Source: a virus
Virus record (IMG/VR): IMGVR_UViG_3300008012_000010
Direction: 5' to 3' (one strand)
DNA: 34,297 nucleotides
Shown here: in pieces, positions 8,481-17,589 of the stretch
How positions within the stretch are numbered: position 1 is the stretch's first letter
Layout of the letters: every line of letters starts with the position of its first letter
Translations under genes and position numbers: made by a program
Notes under the pieces: model-generated
Told to the model about the DNA's origin: nothing
Seen by the model: the letters and a program-made list of their open reading frames with translations, nothing else
The model's database searches: none

Positions 8481-10469
8481 ATGGTTTTTGATGAAACACT
8501 GATTGATGATCTGCTGAGTGGTGTTGTGATACCATATGCAGAGACTGTTCACAAGAGCAAAGAGTGGACAGATGAAAGATATTCTCATGCTGTTGAGTTG
8601 TATGAAAAAGTGAAAGTGCATTCACAGCTTGACACATTCCCAGATGTCTTGATCAGTGAATCAGCACCAAATGAGACTCAAGAGGAGTTTGACTACAAAA
8701 GAGCCACATATCAGCCAATCACAAGACCAGTGTGGAAAAAGGCAACCACACAGATCAACAGAATTTTCAATCCACAAAACTACTCAATCACTGACTGGGG
8801 CAATGACTCTGGTGTATATGCTGATCAATCTGCTGAGGCATATTTCACAAAAGACTTTCCAAAATTCAACTCTCTCATGAGTTATTTTGAAAACATTGTC
8901 AAGCCAGCAAAAGATGAGGATGCCAATGCAGTGATTGCACTTGACTTTGTTGATGCAGAGATTGTTGATACAGAACTTGTTGAGCCAATCTTTGTGCTGT
9001 ATCACTCACCAAAAGTGATTGACATCAACAGTGAGATGGCATTGCTGCTGATGAGTGAAAAGTCTCTGGTTGAATATGGCAACAGAAAAGAGCAATCTGG
9101 TTTGATTTTCAAACTATATGACCATAAAAACATTTGGATTCTCAAGCAAATTGGCAAAAAACTTGATTATAAGTTTGAGGCTGTTCTTTATTATGAGCAT
9201 AATCTTGGCAAATTGCCAGTTCAGATGCTTGGTGGTGAGGCAAAAACACAAGACAGAGCAATTTGGTATGAGAGTCTCTTCATGGATGCAGTGCCAAATC
9301 TTAATGATGCTTTAATTGATGCAACAAATTTGAGAGTGAACAAGGTCTCAAATGTATTCATGGAGCGCATTGAGTGGGTTGATGAGTGTGACTTTGATGG
9401 CTGTGTTGATGGATATGTCATCAATGAGAATGGTGAGCAAAAGAGTTGTCCATCATGCAATGGATCTGGAAAGAGATCAATGCAATCACCATTGAGAGTG
9501 ACTCAAGTGCAAGTGCCAAACAGAATGAATGACTCTGAGCCATTGCCATTTGATCCAGTGACTTATGTCAAGAAAGACTCATCAATGATTGATGCATTGA
9601 GAAATGAAGTGAATCACAATGTTGCTGTGTCATTCTCTTTCATGGGCATTGAAATCAGCTTGGACAAAAAGAGTGGCAAAGAGACAGCAACAGGCAAGTT
9701 GATTGATCGTGAGGAGCTGTTCTCATTTATTTCAAAGTATTCAAATCAGATGTTCAATCTCATCAAGTGGGGAATTGACATTCTTGGCAATGTGAGATAC
9801 ATTGATTTTCAATCACCATCAGTCAAGCCACCAGTGAGCTTTGCTTTGCGATCAGAGACAGACTTGAGTGCTGAGTTGAGAGATTCACAAAATTTGCCAG
9901 ATGCAATCAGAGGTGAAATGACCAAAGAGCTGATGAGTGTGAGATTTGCAAACAATGACAAGCTGAAAATGACTGTTGATCTCAAGCAAAAGATTGATAA
10001 CTATTACTTGCAAAGCACAACTGATGTGATTGCTATCATGGCAACTGGCTTGTTGCCTAAATGGAAAGCCACATTGCATTGGTCATTTGACACATATATC
10101 TCACAAATGGATGACAGCTTTTGGTCTTTGACATTTGATCAGCAAAGAGAGATGCTTGAAAAGATGGCACAAGATGAGACAAATTCAAATGTCATGACTG
10201 CACAAACCATCTTTGACAATGATATTGATGACATTGCTGGTGATGATATTCCAGAGAATGTTGATATTGAGAGTGAAGCAAAAGCAAGACTCAAGGGATC
10301 TGTTGGTGGTGTGCAAGGTGTGCTTGGCATTCAAGAGTCAGTTGCTCAAGGCATCACACAATACAGTGCTGGTCTTGCATTATTACAGGAGATTTATGGC
10401 TTTGATGACAAAACTGCAAGAGCCATTCTTGGAGACCCAAAGAGAATAGTGAATGGCATCACTGAATGA
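8481..10469 (+). CDS. Putative portal protein (662 aa)
   Basis: First ATG within track ORF 8457..10469. The size, and the position directly upstream of a Mu F/SPP1 gp7-like head protein, fit a portal. Contains an internal CxxCxGxG zinc-finger-like motif. No family recognised by eye. Confidence 0.5.
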   Translation: MVFDETLIDDLLSGVVIPYAETVHKSKEWTDERYSHAVELYEKVKVHSQLDTFPDVLISESAPNETQEEFDYKRATYQPITRPVWKKATTQINRIFNPQNYSITDWGNDSGVYADQSAEAYFTKDFPKFNSLMSYFENIVKPAKDEDANAVIALDFVDAEIVDTELVEPIFVLYHSPKVIDINSEMALLLMSEKSLVEYGNRKEQSGLIFKLYDHKNIWILKQIGKKLDYKFEAVLYYEHNLGKLPVQMLGGEAKTQDRAIWYESLFMDAVPNLNDALIDATNLRVNKVSNVFMERIEWVDECDFDGCVDGYVINENGEQKSCPSCNGSGKRSMQSPLRVTQVQVPNRMNDSEPLPFDPVTYVKKDSSMIDALRNEVNHNVAVSFSFMGIEISLDKKSGKETATGKLIDREELFSFISKYSNQMFNLIKWGIDILGNVRYIDFQSPSVKPPVSFALRSETDLSAELRDSQNLPDAIRGEMTKELMSVRFANNDKLKMTVDLKQKIDNYYLQSTTDVIAIMATGLLPKWKATLHWSFDTYISQMDDSFWSLTFDQQREMLEKMAQDETNSNVMTAQTIFDNDIDDIAGDDIPENVDIESEAKARLKGSVGGVQGVLGIQESVAQGITQYSAGLALLQEIYGFDDKTARAILGDPKRIVNGITE

Positions 10470-11370
10470 TCTCATTGAGCAAAGGTCAGCCAACATTGAC
10501 AAGCTACCAAATGAGCTATTTGGAGCAATAGAGAAAGCACAGAGAGATGTGATGAGACAAGTGTCAATTCTCATCAATCAGCTTGAGACAAATGCATCTG
10601 GTCAAGTAATTCTTAACACAAAGAACATTGCACTCATTGAGAAAATTGGTGCAAGAGCAAATGATGTGTTGTTTGGTGGATCATACATTGATGCAGTGAG
10701 AGATTTTGCTGGCTCTCTTGAGCAACAAGGTGCATTGGCTGCTGAGTACATGACAACAGCTTTTGGCACTTTTGATGACAAGAGAATCTTTCAACAAGTG
10801 CTGAGACAATCACAACTTGATGTGTTGGCATTATTAGATGAGCAAGCAGTGAATCAAGCACTCATTGAGCCACTGAAATCAGCATTGAGAGACTCTGTCA
10901 CATCTGGAGCAAGACTCACTGATGTCATTCAATCAGTGCAGCAGATTGTTGTGGGCAATGAGCAAGTTGAGAGCAATCTGCTGGGCAACAGAAAGACACT
11001 TGTGAGAGATACTTTTGCAGCGAGTGACAGAAGGTATCAAAAAACAATTGAGTCTCAATACAGCTTTGATTTTTACAGATACAGTGGTTCACTGGTGAGT
11101 GACTCAAGATGCTTTTGTCAAGAGAGACAAGGCAAATACTATCACAAGAGAGAAATTGAAAGTTGGGGAGCTTTGCAAAATCTTGGCAAATGTAGAACAT
11201 CAAATGGCTGGCAAGGTCGCAGAAAAGGCACAACACCAGCAACTATTTTCACATATGCTGGTGGATACAATTGTGATCATGTCTTTGCTGCTGTGCCAAT
11301 TGAAGCAGTGCCACCATCAGCAATTCAAAGAGCAAGAGGTCTTGGTTATTTGCCACCAGAAGTTGAATAA
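10453..11370 (+). CDS. Head morphogenesis / minor head protein (Mu F, SPP1 gp7-like; 305 aa)
   Basis: 17-nt overlap with the portal-like gene. The Cys/His-containing C-terminal region SRCFCQERQGKYY...YAGGYNCDHVF resembles the conserved C-terminal motif of the Mu F family. Confidence 0.55.
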   Translation: MASLNDLIEQRSANIDKLPNELFGAIEKAQRDVMRQVSILINQLETNASGQVILNTKNIALIEKIGARANDVLFGGSYIDAVRDFAGSLEQQGALAAEYMTTAFGTFDDKRIFQQVLRQSQLDVLALLDEQAVNQALIEPLKSALRDSVTSGARLTDVIQSVQQIVVGNEQVESNLLGNRKTLVRDTFAASDRRYQKTIESQYSFDFYRYSGSLVSDSRCFCQERQGKYYHKREIESWGALQNLGKCRTSNGWQGRRKGTTPATIFTYAGGYNCDHVFAAVPIEAVPPSAIQRARGLGYLPPEVE

Positions 11371-11378
11371 TAAATTTA

Positions 11379-11386
11379 TATATTTG
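11379..11386 (+). promoter_or_regulatory. Bacteroidota-type -7 promoter box TAnnTTTG (tatatttg) within aaatttatatatttg
   Basis: Exact motif in the 36-nt gap, 21 nt upstream of ATG 11407. The same tttatatatttg core recurs at 32537-32548. Confidence 0.45.
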
Positions 11387-11406
11387 TCATTAATAAAACA
11401 AACCAG

Positions 11407-12036
11407 ATGACAAAAATTTGCTACTCATACCTTTTTGGTGACAAAGATGTGTGGCGTGATCCATTGCCAGACAACATCAACCATGACTGGACTTATGTGC
11501 TTTTTACAGATCAAGACATCAAGTCTGATGTGTATCAAGTCAAGAGAGTTGAGTCAGTGAGCAATCCACAACTTGCATCAAGACATTTCAAGTTGCTTGG
11601 TGCAGCTCAGTTTTATCCAGAGCCATTCAAAAAAGTGTTTCATCATGATGCAAACATCAGAGTCAATTGTGATCTTGATGAGTTGCCACATTTCATGATT
11701 GTCAATCATCCATTTCATCATTGTGCCTACAAAGAAATTGAGCTTTGCAAAAAGCTTGGCAAAGCAAACAGAGCTGATCTTGAGAGAGCAAGATTGATGT
11801 TGAGAGAGTACAGATGGAACAAAGATGCTGGCTTGTATGCTGCTGGTCTGATGATGCGACCAAACACAAGAGCTGTTGACATATTCTCATTTGATTGGTT
11901 TCATCATGCAAAATGGTTCACTCACAGAGATCAGATTTTCTTGCCATACTTGCTTGACAAGCACAACATGACTCCAGAGATTGTTGAGTGGAGTGACTTG
12001 ATTGGTTCAAGATTTTTAATACATGACCATGCATAG
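11407..12036 (+). CDS. Putative glycosyltransferase (DUF616-like, 209 aa)
   Basis: The pattern ICYSYLFGDKD...WTYVLFTD...NPQLASRHFKLLGAAQFYP...VFHHDANIRV resembles the DUF616 glycosyltransferase-like family. First gene of the enzyme block. Confidence 0.4.
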   Translation: MTKICYSYLFGDKDVWRDPLPDNINHDWTYVLFTDQDIKSDVYQVKRVESVSNPQLASRHFKLLGAAQFYPEPFKKVFHHDANIRVNCDLDELPHFMIVNHPFHHCAYKEIELCKKLGKANRADLERARLMLREYRWNKDAGLYAAGLMMRPNTRAVDIFSFDWFHHAKWFTHRDQIFLPYLLDKHNMTPEIVEWSDLIGSRFLIHDHA

Positions 12037-12631
12037 ATGGCAAGTGATCAATCACTATTTAAAAACAAAATTTGAGAATAGTGATCCAAAATACCTTGAG
12101 ATAGGCATTCACAATGGTGACAACTTTCTCAAAGTTGAGTGTGCTGACAAGACTGGCATTGATCCATCACCAATATACAAGAGCAACAGAATCTTTCAGA
12201 TGACCAGTGATGATTTCTTTGATAGCAATGAGCAAGTGTTTGATGTGATTTTCATTGATGGATTGCATGAACGAGAGCAAGTTGAGAAAGATTTCTGGAA
12301 TGCGTTTCAATGCTTGAGCTTGGATGGAATTATCATCTTGCATGACTGCTCACCAAGAGTGTATTTTGAGACAGTTGTGCCAAGACCAAAGCCAATTGGC
12401 AGATGGAATGGTGACACATACAAAGCATGGATAAAGATCAGAGAAATATTTCCACAAGCAACATTCACCATTGCAACTGATGAGGGTCTTGGTGTTTTCC
12501 TTAATTCATTGAATCAAATTAATGATCAAGGTCAATGGTCTGGTCATCATGTCACTTGGGATGAGTACAAGAAAAAAAGAGCATTATTGCTCAATGAAAT
12601 CAGTCTTGATGCATTTAAAAGCTTAATTTGA
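12023..12631 (+). CDS. Class I SAM-dependent methyltransferase (TylF/CmcI-like sugar O-methyltransferase type, 202 aa)
   Basis: SAM motif I YLEIGIHNGDN, then FDVIFIDGLHEREQVEKDF...LSLDGIIILHDC. 14-nt overlap with the upstream gene. Confidence 0.7.
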   Translation: MTMHRWQVINHYLKTKFENSDPKYLEIGIHNGDNFLKVECADKTGIDPSPIYKSNRIFQMTSDDFFDSNEQVFDVIFIDGLHEREQVEKDFWNAFQCLSLDGIIILHDCSPRVYFETVVPRPKPIGRWNGDTYKAWIKIREIFPQATFTIATDEGLGVFLNSLNQINDQGQWSGHHVTWDEYKKKRALLLNEISLDAFKSLI

Positions 12632-13185
12632 TGAAACAATCAAAGACTCAAGTGAACTTTGTGTCACCATATTGTGCAGACAAGCAGCTTGCAACAGAAT
12701 ACAACAGAATTGTTGACAAGTATGATGATGATGAGTGGCTTTGCTTTGTTGATGCTGATGTCATGTTCTTGACATCAAACTTTGGTCAACATATTCAAGC
12801 CATCATTGATGCCCACTCAAGAGATTTCACTGCATTCACTTGCATGACCAACAGAGTTGGACAGCTCAAGCAATGTCATGCAAGAGAGATGTCAAACAAC
12901 TTTGATGTCTTGCATCATGTGAAAATTGCAGAGAAAAAACAAAGAGAGTCTGGTCTTGGAGTTGTAGAGATGAAACCATTCAGCTTGCTCTCTGGCTTGT
13001 TTATTTGCGCCAAAGTATCAACATTCAAGAGAGTGCCATTCAAAGGTGCTGGAATGCTTGGTATTGATAATAGATGGCACAAAGACTTGTACACAAAAGG
13101 TGGCAGACTTGGCTTGATGCTTGGTGTGTATGTCTTTCACAGATACAGAAATCAAAATCCATCAGATAAAAGTCATTTGAAATGA
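12631..13185 (+). CDS. Glycosyltransferase, GT-A/GT2-like (184 aa)
   Basis: ATG 12631 overlaps the upstream TGA (the track start at 12628 is TTG). DDDEWLCFVDADVMFL contains a DxD motif. Confidence 0.5.
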   Translation: MKQSKTQVNFVSPYCADKQLATEYNRIVDKYDDDEWLCFVDADVMFLTSNFGQHIQAIIDAHSRDFTAFTCMTNRVGQLKQCHAREMSNNFDVLHHVKIAEKKQRESGLGVVEMKPFSLLSGLFICAKVSTFKRVPFKGAGMLGIDNRWHKDLYTKGGRLGLMLGVYVFHRYRNQNPSDKSHLK

Positions 13186-13805
13186 AAATCACATATATTG
13201 ACATAGGTCTGCACAAGGATGGCTTTGAAATTGATATGTTTCAACTTGCTGCACTTGGTCATGATGTGACCATGTATGGCATTGAAGCTCATCCAGAATA
13301 TATTGAGCAATTGAAAGATAATCATCCACAAGCAAAGATTCTCAACTATGCAATCAACAACACAGAGAGATTGTTGCCATTGTATTTGAGTGAGTCAAGT
13401 GATGGTCATGGCAACTCGATATTTCCAGACAAGAACAATGTGACAACAGACTTTGTGAAAGTGCAAGGTGTGAAACTTAGCACTTTGATTGAAAGAAAAG
13501 AGATTGTCTTGAGTGATTTCAATGTGCTGAGGTACAACATTGAAGGTGCTGAGTGGCATCTGCTCAATGATTTGATTGAGAGTGAATTGTGGAACAAGTT
13601 CAACATTCTTTCTGGAGCAAGATCAGATATGCACAAGGTGACTCACTTGAAAGATTTGAAATGGCAATATCAAACTTTGGTGCTTGGATCTGGCAAATGG
13701 GTTGATTTTTGGTATCATCCACAACAGCAAAAGCGAAATAAAAAGATGATTGAAAAAATGAAAAGCAGAATCAATGAAAGAATTGACATTCCATCAAATA
13801 GTTGA
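13182..13805 (+). CDS. FkbM-family methyltransferase (207 aa)
   Basis: ATGA overlap upstream. YIDIGLHKDGFE, MYGIEAHPEYIEQL and VLRYNIEGAEWHLLNDL match the FkbM-type pattern (xDxGAxxG ... EP ... KxDxEGxExxxL). Confidence 0.6.
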   Translation: MKITYIDIGLHKDGFEIDMFQLAALGHDVTMYGIEAHPEYIEQLKDNHPQAKILNYAINNTERLLPLYLSESSDGHGNSIFPDKNNVTTDFVKVQGVKLSTLIERKEIVLSDFNVLRYNIEGAEWHLLNDLIESELWNKFNILSGARSDMHKVTHLKDLKWQYQTLVLGSGKWVDFWYHPQQQKRNKKMIEKMKSRINERIDIPSNS

Positions 13806-14430
13806 CAAGCTGCAAAAGCTTGAGCCATTTCACTTTGCCAGAGTTGGTGATGGTGAGATGATGTGCATGGCTGGAAAGCAAGGCAAGAATTGCGATGATC
13901 ACAAATACTTTGTTGATCTTGGTCAAGCATTGAGAGCAATATACAAAAAAGAGCAAGACTATTTTGTTGGATTGCAGCCAGTCAAACATGATCTTTTCAC
14001 TGACTTTGACAAGTATCCTCAGCAGTGGTGCAATGCAGATGTGTTGCATGATGCATCAATCAAGGGATGGATGCCAGCACTCTTTCATGCTTTGAGCAAT
14101 AGAAATGTGGTGATGATTGGCAATCATTCACTTGCAAAGCTCAATTTCATCAATGTCATGGTTGAGATACCAAAAAAAAATGCATGGCAAAAGAGACAAG
14201 AGATTTGGTCACATCTCAAGCAAATCATTGCAGAGCATTTTGACAAAAAGCTTGTGCTGTTGTTTAGTGCTGGCATGATGTCTGGTGTTCTCATTGATGA
14301 GATTGCAAACAATGAGCAAATCAACAGATTAGTGACTACAATTGACACTGGCAGCTTGTTTGATCCATATGTTGGCAAAACAACAAGATCATATCACAAA
14401 CAGATAATTGAGAGAGAGAATGCATCTTGA
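13774..14430 (+). CDS. Putative GT-D (DUF1792)-like glycosyltransferase (218 aa)
   Basis: The N-terminal FHFARVGDGEMMCMAG resembles the RFGDGE signature of DUF1792/GT-D enzymes. 32-nt overlap upstream. Contains an A9 run at 14172-14180. Confidence 0.4.
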   Translation: MKELTFHQIVDKLQKLEPFHFARVGDGEMMCMAGKQGKNCDDHKYFVDLGQALRAIYKKEQDYFVGLQPVKHDLFTDFDKYPQQWCNADVLHDASIKGWMPALFHALSNRNVVMIGNHSLAKLNFINVMVEIPKKNAWQKRQEIWSHLKQIIAEHFDKKLVLLFSAGMMSGVLIDEIANNEQINRLVTTIDTGSLFDPYVGKTTRSYHKQIIERENAS

Positions 14431-15142
14431 CCCAATAGTGGTGAGCATTGCAACTCACAATGCAAGACGAGAACATTTGCCAAAGACCATTGAATCAATC
14501 AAGCAGTCTGTTGTGCCAGTTGAAATCAATATTTGGCACAATGAGCCATCTGACTATGAATTGATTGATGGAACAATCAATCATCTTGCTGATGCAAATC
14601 ATGGTGCAAGATCAAAGTTTCTTGAGCAGCATTTGACACCATATTCACACTATTATTTCACTTGTGATGATGATCTGATCTACCATCCACAATATTTTGA
14701 GACACTTGCTCTCAAGCTCAAGCAAAAGAATCACAGATGTGTTGCTGGTGTTCATGGATCATATTATCTCAAGCATCCTGTTGATGATTACTTTTGGAAT
14801 CAAAAAGTGGTTCACTTTTCTGCTGAGATCAAAAATGACCAGTTTGTGACCATGCTTGGCACTGGCACAATGGCTTTTCACTCATCACTCTTTGATGATG
14901 TTGATTTGTTTTCATACATTGGTGATGATTTCAACAACATGGTTGATGTCAAAGTTGCAGAGCTGTGCATTAACAGAGAGATTCCAAGACTCTGCATTCA
15001 AAGACCAAAGAACTTTGTCAAAGAGCAAGACAACTCACAAGAGTCAGCCATCTGGCACAAAGCAGCCAAAAGTGCTGAGAGACAGACTGCTGTGTTGAAT
15101 GCCATTGACAAGAAAAAATTCATGTATAGACCAAAATGTTAA
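14420..15142 (+). CDS. Glycosyltransferase, GT-A fold (240 aa)
   Basis: First ATG within track ORF 14408..15142. IVVSIATHNARREHLPKTIESI and YYFTCDDDLIYHPQYF (DDD/DxD motif). Confidence 0.55.
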   Translation: MHLDPIVVSIATHNARREHLPKTIESIKQSVVPVEINIWHNEPSDYELIDGTINHLADANHGARSKFLEQHLTPYSHYYFTCDDDLIYHPQYFETLALKLKQKNHRCVAGVHGSYYLKHPVDDYFWNQKVVHFSAEIKNDQFVTMLGTGTMAFHSSLFDDVDLFSYIGDDFNNMVDVKVAELCINREIPRLCIQRPKNFVKEQDNSQESAIWHKAAKSAERQTAVLNAIDKKKFMYRPKC

Positions 15143-15147
15143 ATTTG
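15140..15147 (+). promoter_or_regulatory. TAnnTTTG box (taaatttg) overlapping the stop of the last glycosyltransferase
   Basis: Exact motif 7 nt upstream of ATG 15154. Confidence 0.35.
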
Positions 15148-15153
15148 TAAATT

Positions 15154-15570
15154 ATGAATATGAAAATCAATAAGCATGACAACAAGAAGTTTGTCAGAAT
15201 AGCAAAAGGAAACAAAGTGCAAAATGATGTTGCACTCTCTGCTGCAAAGAGATTGGTTCACAAAGGATGGTCAATTGAGAGTGATCAATATGATCAAAAT
15301 GGCTTTCCAAGACAAAAACACATTGAGCAAGACATACCAGTTGCCAATATTCAAACATTTGCTGAGTCAAAAGCTGATCAGACTGATGAGCAAGATGTTG
15401 AAGTGTTTGAAGCATCAGAGCCAGAGATTGATCAAGATGAGCTTGATGAGATCAAGACAACCATCATGAGAGCAAGATCAAAGTCAAAACTTGAAGCTCT
15501 CAAAGTGATGCATGGTCATATCTTTGAAGTGAATGAGTTAATAAATGAGCGTTTAACCAAATACAAATAA
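15154..15570 (+). CDS. Hypothetical acidic protein (138 aa)
   Basis: Track ORF. Basic N-terminus, then an acidic central stretch TDEQDVEVFEASEPEIDQDELDE. Upstream of the scaffold gene. Confidence 0.55.
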   Translation: MNMKINKHDNKKFVRIAKGNKVQNDVALSAAKRLVHKGWSIESDQYDQNGFPRQKHIEQDIPVANIQTFAESKADQTDEQDVEVFEASEPEIDQDELDEIKTTIMRARSKSKLEALKVMHGHIFEVNELINERLTKYK

Positions 15571-15575
15571 AACAA

Positions 15576-16403
15576 ATGAGTGATTTGAACAAAATTCTGG
15601 AGGAGCTTGGCGATGATGAAAAAGCACAAGCTATCAAAGCAGCAATTGATGAAAACTATGTTGGCAGAAATGTGGCACATGAGGACAAGCAGATTGTTGG
15701 CAAAATAGTTGGCAAGACTCTTGGCTCTTTTGAAACAAAACTCAAGAGATCAATCAAAGGCATTGATGAGAATCTGATCAAGCCAACAGAAGTGGATGAG
15801 CTTGGCTTTGAGAAAGCCTTTGATGCAGCATTTGATAGGCTGCAAAACAAGTTTGCTGAGTTGAATCAACAAGCAAAGTCATCTGGTGCAACAGACAAGG
15901 AAATCAAAGCACAGCTTGATGAAATCTCTGGCAAGTACAACAAAGCAGTGAGTGACTTGAATGCAATCTCATCTCAAAAGTCAAACATTGAGCAAGAGCT
16001 TGAGAAAAACAAATCAGAGTTTCAGAATTACAAAGTTGGATTGCAGCTCAATAGTAAAAAGCAAGCAGCTCTCAAAGAAGTTGATTTCACTGACACTTTG
16101 CAAGGCAAAGCCAAAGAACTTGCCATCAAAGGTTTTCTTGATGACATTCAATCAAAATACAACATTGAGCTTGATGACTCAGATGCAAGTGGATTGAGAA
16201 TCACAGACAAGAATGGTCAGAGAGTAGCAAAGGACAACAGATTTTTGACTCTCTCTGAGATTTACAAAGATGAGGCAAAGCAAGCTGGTCTGCTCAAGAT
16301 GAGTGCTGGTCAAGGCAATTCAAAAAAATCAATTATATTTGACAACATTAAATCTGGAGATGCTGATCAAAATGCTCAAGGCTTAAAGATCAAATCCAGA
16401 TAA
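15576..16403 (+). CDS. Scaffolding protein (275 aa)
   Basis: Highly charged Lys/Glu/Gln-rich sequence with predicted coiled-coil character. Lies directly upstream of the major capsid gene. Confidence 0.6.
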   Translation: MSDLNKILEELGDDEKAQAIKAAIDENYVGRNVAHEDKQIVGKIVGKTLGSFETKLKRSIKGIDENLIKPTEVDELGFEKAFDAAFDRLQNKFAELNQQAKSSGATDKEIKAQLDEISGKYNKAVSDLNAISSQKSNIEQELEKNKSEFQNYKVGLQLNSKKQAALKEVDFTDTLQGKAKELAIKGFLDDIQSKYNIELDDSDASGLRITDKNGQRVAKDNRFLTLSEIYKDEAKQAGLLKMSAGQGNSKKSIIFDNIKSGDADQNAQGLKIKSR

Positions 16404-16507
16404 ACATTCAGCAACAAGTGAGTTGACTCTCAGAAAAAAGTCAAGTGTGCTGGCAAGCAGAAAATTGCAAAACAATTTTTTTCAAACAGTTAAAAACTTG
16501 ATTTAAA

Positions 16508-17557
16508 ATGAGTTATACTATCAATTCACTTGTTGAGTGCGAAAATGTACAAGCAGCACTTGATGAAAACTTTTTTGGTGCAGCATCTGGAATGTTCAAC
16601 CAATCAAATCCTTTTCTTGACTATGTTGTTGGTGATGAGAATGCCAAAGTAGGTGTTCAAGAGCCATTGACAGCAAGAGGCAAGCTCAAAGGTGTGACAG
16701 TCAAATACTTCAACAGATACCTTGAAACTGACAATGATTTTGTTGGTAGCAATTCAAATGATTGCACTGGTGGTGGAGAGTTGACTGAGAATTTCTACAC
16801 ATATGATCTTGATGAGACAGAAGGTGACTCAATCAAGAAATCAATTCCAATCACTGACTTGGTGACTGGTTGCCAAGATGATGCAACTTATGTTGGACAG
16901 CAAATACAAATGATGATCAATGTGCTTGAGAGAAAAATCAACACAGATGGCATCACACAAGCTGCTGCTCTTGTTGGTAATTTCAGAAGCACTGGAAACT
17001 CAAATGCAATCACTGTTGATGCAAAAAACACAGATGGTGCATGGGTGACCAACTTGATTGAAGATGTTCAATATGAGTTCACTGACATGGAGTACAATGA
17101 CAAGATTGTTGCCATTGGTGGATCAAAACTTTGGAGTCAATACTGGTCAGCAATTGGTGCTGGTTGTTGTATTGACAAAAAAGGAATTGATCAAGGTGCA
17201 TTGGCTGCTGGCACTCGAATCATGCCGATCTATGACAGAAAGATTGATGACATTGTTGGAGCAGAGAGATTCTTTGCATTTGCACCAGCAGCCATTCAAA
17301 TGTTGAAATACAACAGATATGGTCATGGCTCACCAGCAAGAGAGATCACACAAGCTGACACAGTTGTTGGCACAGTGACATCTCCATTCTCTGGCTTAAC
17401 CTTTGACTATCGTGCAAAGCTTGAGTGCGAGACTTGGAACTTTTTTGTTGGTTTGACTTACAAATTCGTAGTTGCACCAGATGATCTATTTGATGTAAAT
17501 GATGACATGAGTGGTGTGAACTTGTTCAACCAGTTCACTGCTCAAATAGCATCATAA
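16508..17557 (+). CDS. Major capsid protein (349 aa)
   Basis: Follows the scaffold gene and is followed by a strong hairpin. Size is typical of HK97-fold capsid proteins. Family not recognised by eye. Confidence 0.65.
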   Translation: MSYTINSLVECENVQAALDENFFGAASGMFNQSNPFLDYVVGDENAKVGVQEPLTARGKLKGVTVKYFNRYLETDNDFVGSNSNDCTGGGELTENFYTYDLDETEGDSIKKSIPITDLVTGCQDDATYVGQQIQMMINVLERKINTDGITQAAALVGNFRSTGNSNAITVDAKNTDGAWVTNLIEDVQYEFTDMEYNDKIVAIGGSKLWSQYWSAIGAGCCIDKKGIDQGALAAGTRIMPIYDRKIDDIVGAERFFAFAPAAIQMLKYNRYGHGSPAREITQADTVVGTVTSPFSGLTFDYRAKLECETWNFFVGLTYKFVVAPDDLFDVNDDMSGVNLFNQFTAQIAS

Positions 17558-17589
17558 AAGCTACTCCAGAGGGTTTTGTTTTATTTAAT

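Noticed and set aside
11407-15142. Glycosyltransferase block as a DNA hypermodification (base glycosylation) pathway
   Set aside because: No hydroxymethylase, deazaguanine or other base-modifying genes accompany it, and the block sits among late head genes. This is not excluded experimentally but is considered less likely than protein or envelope glycan targets.
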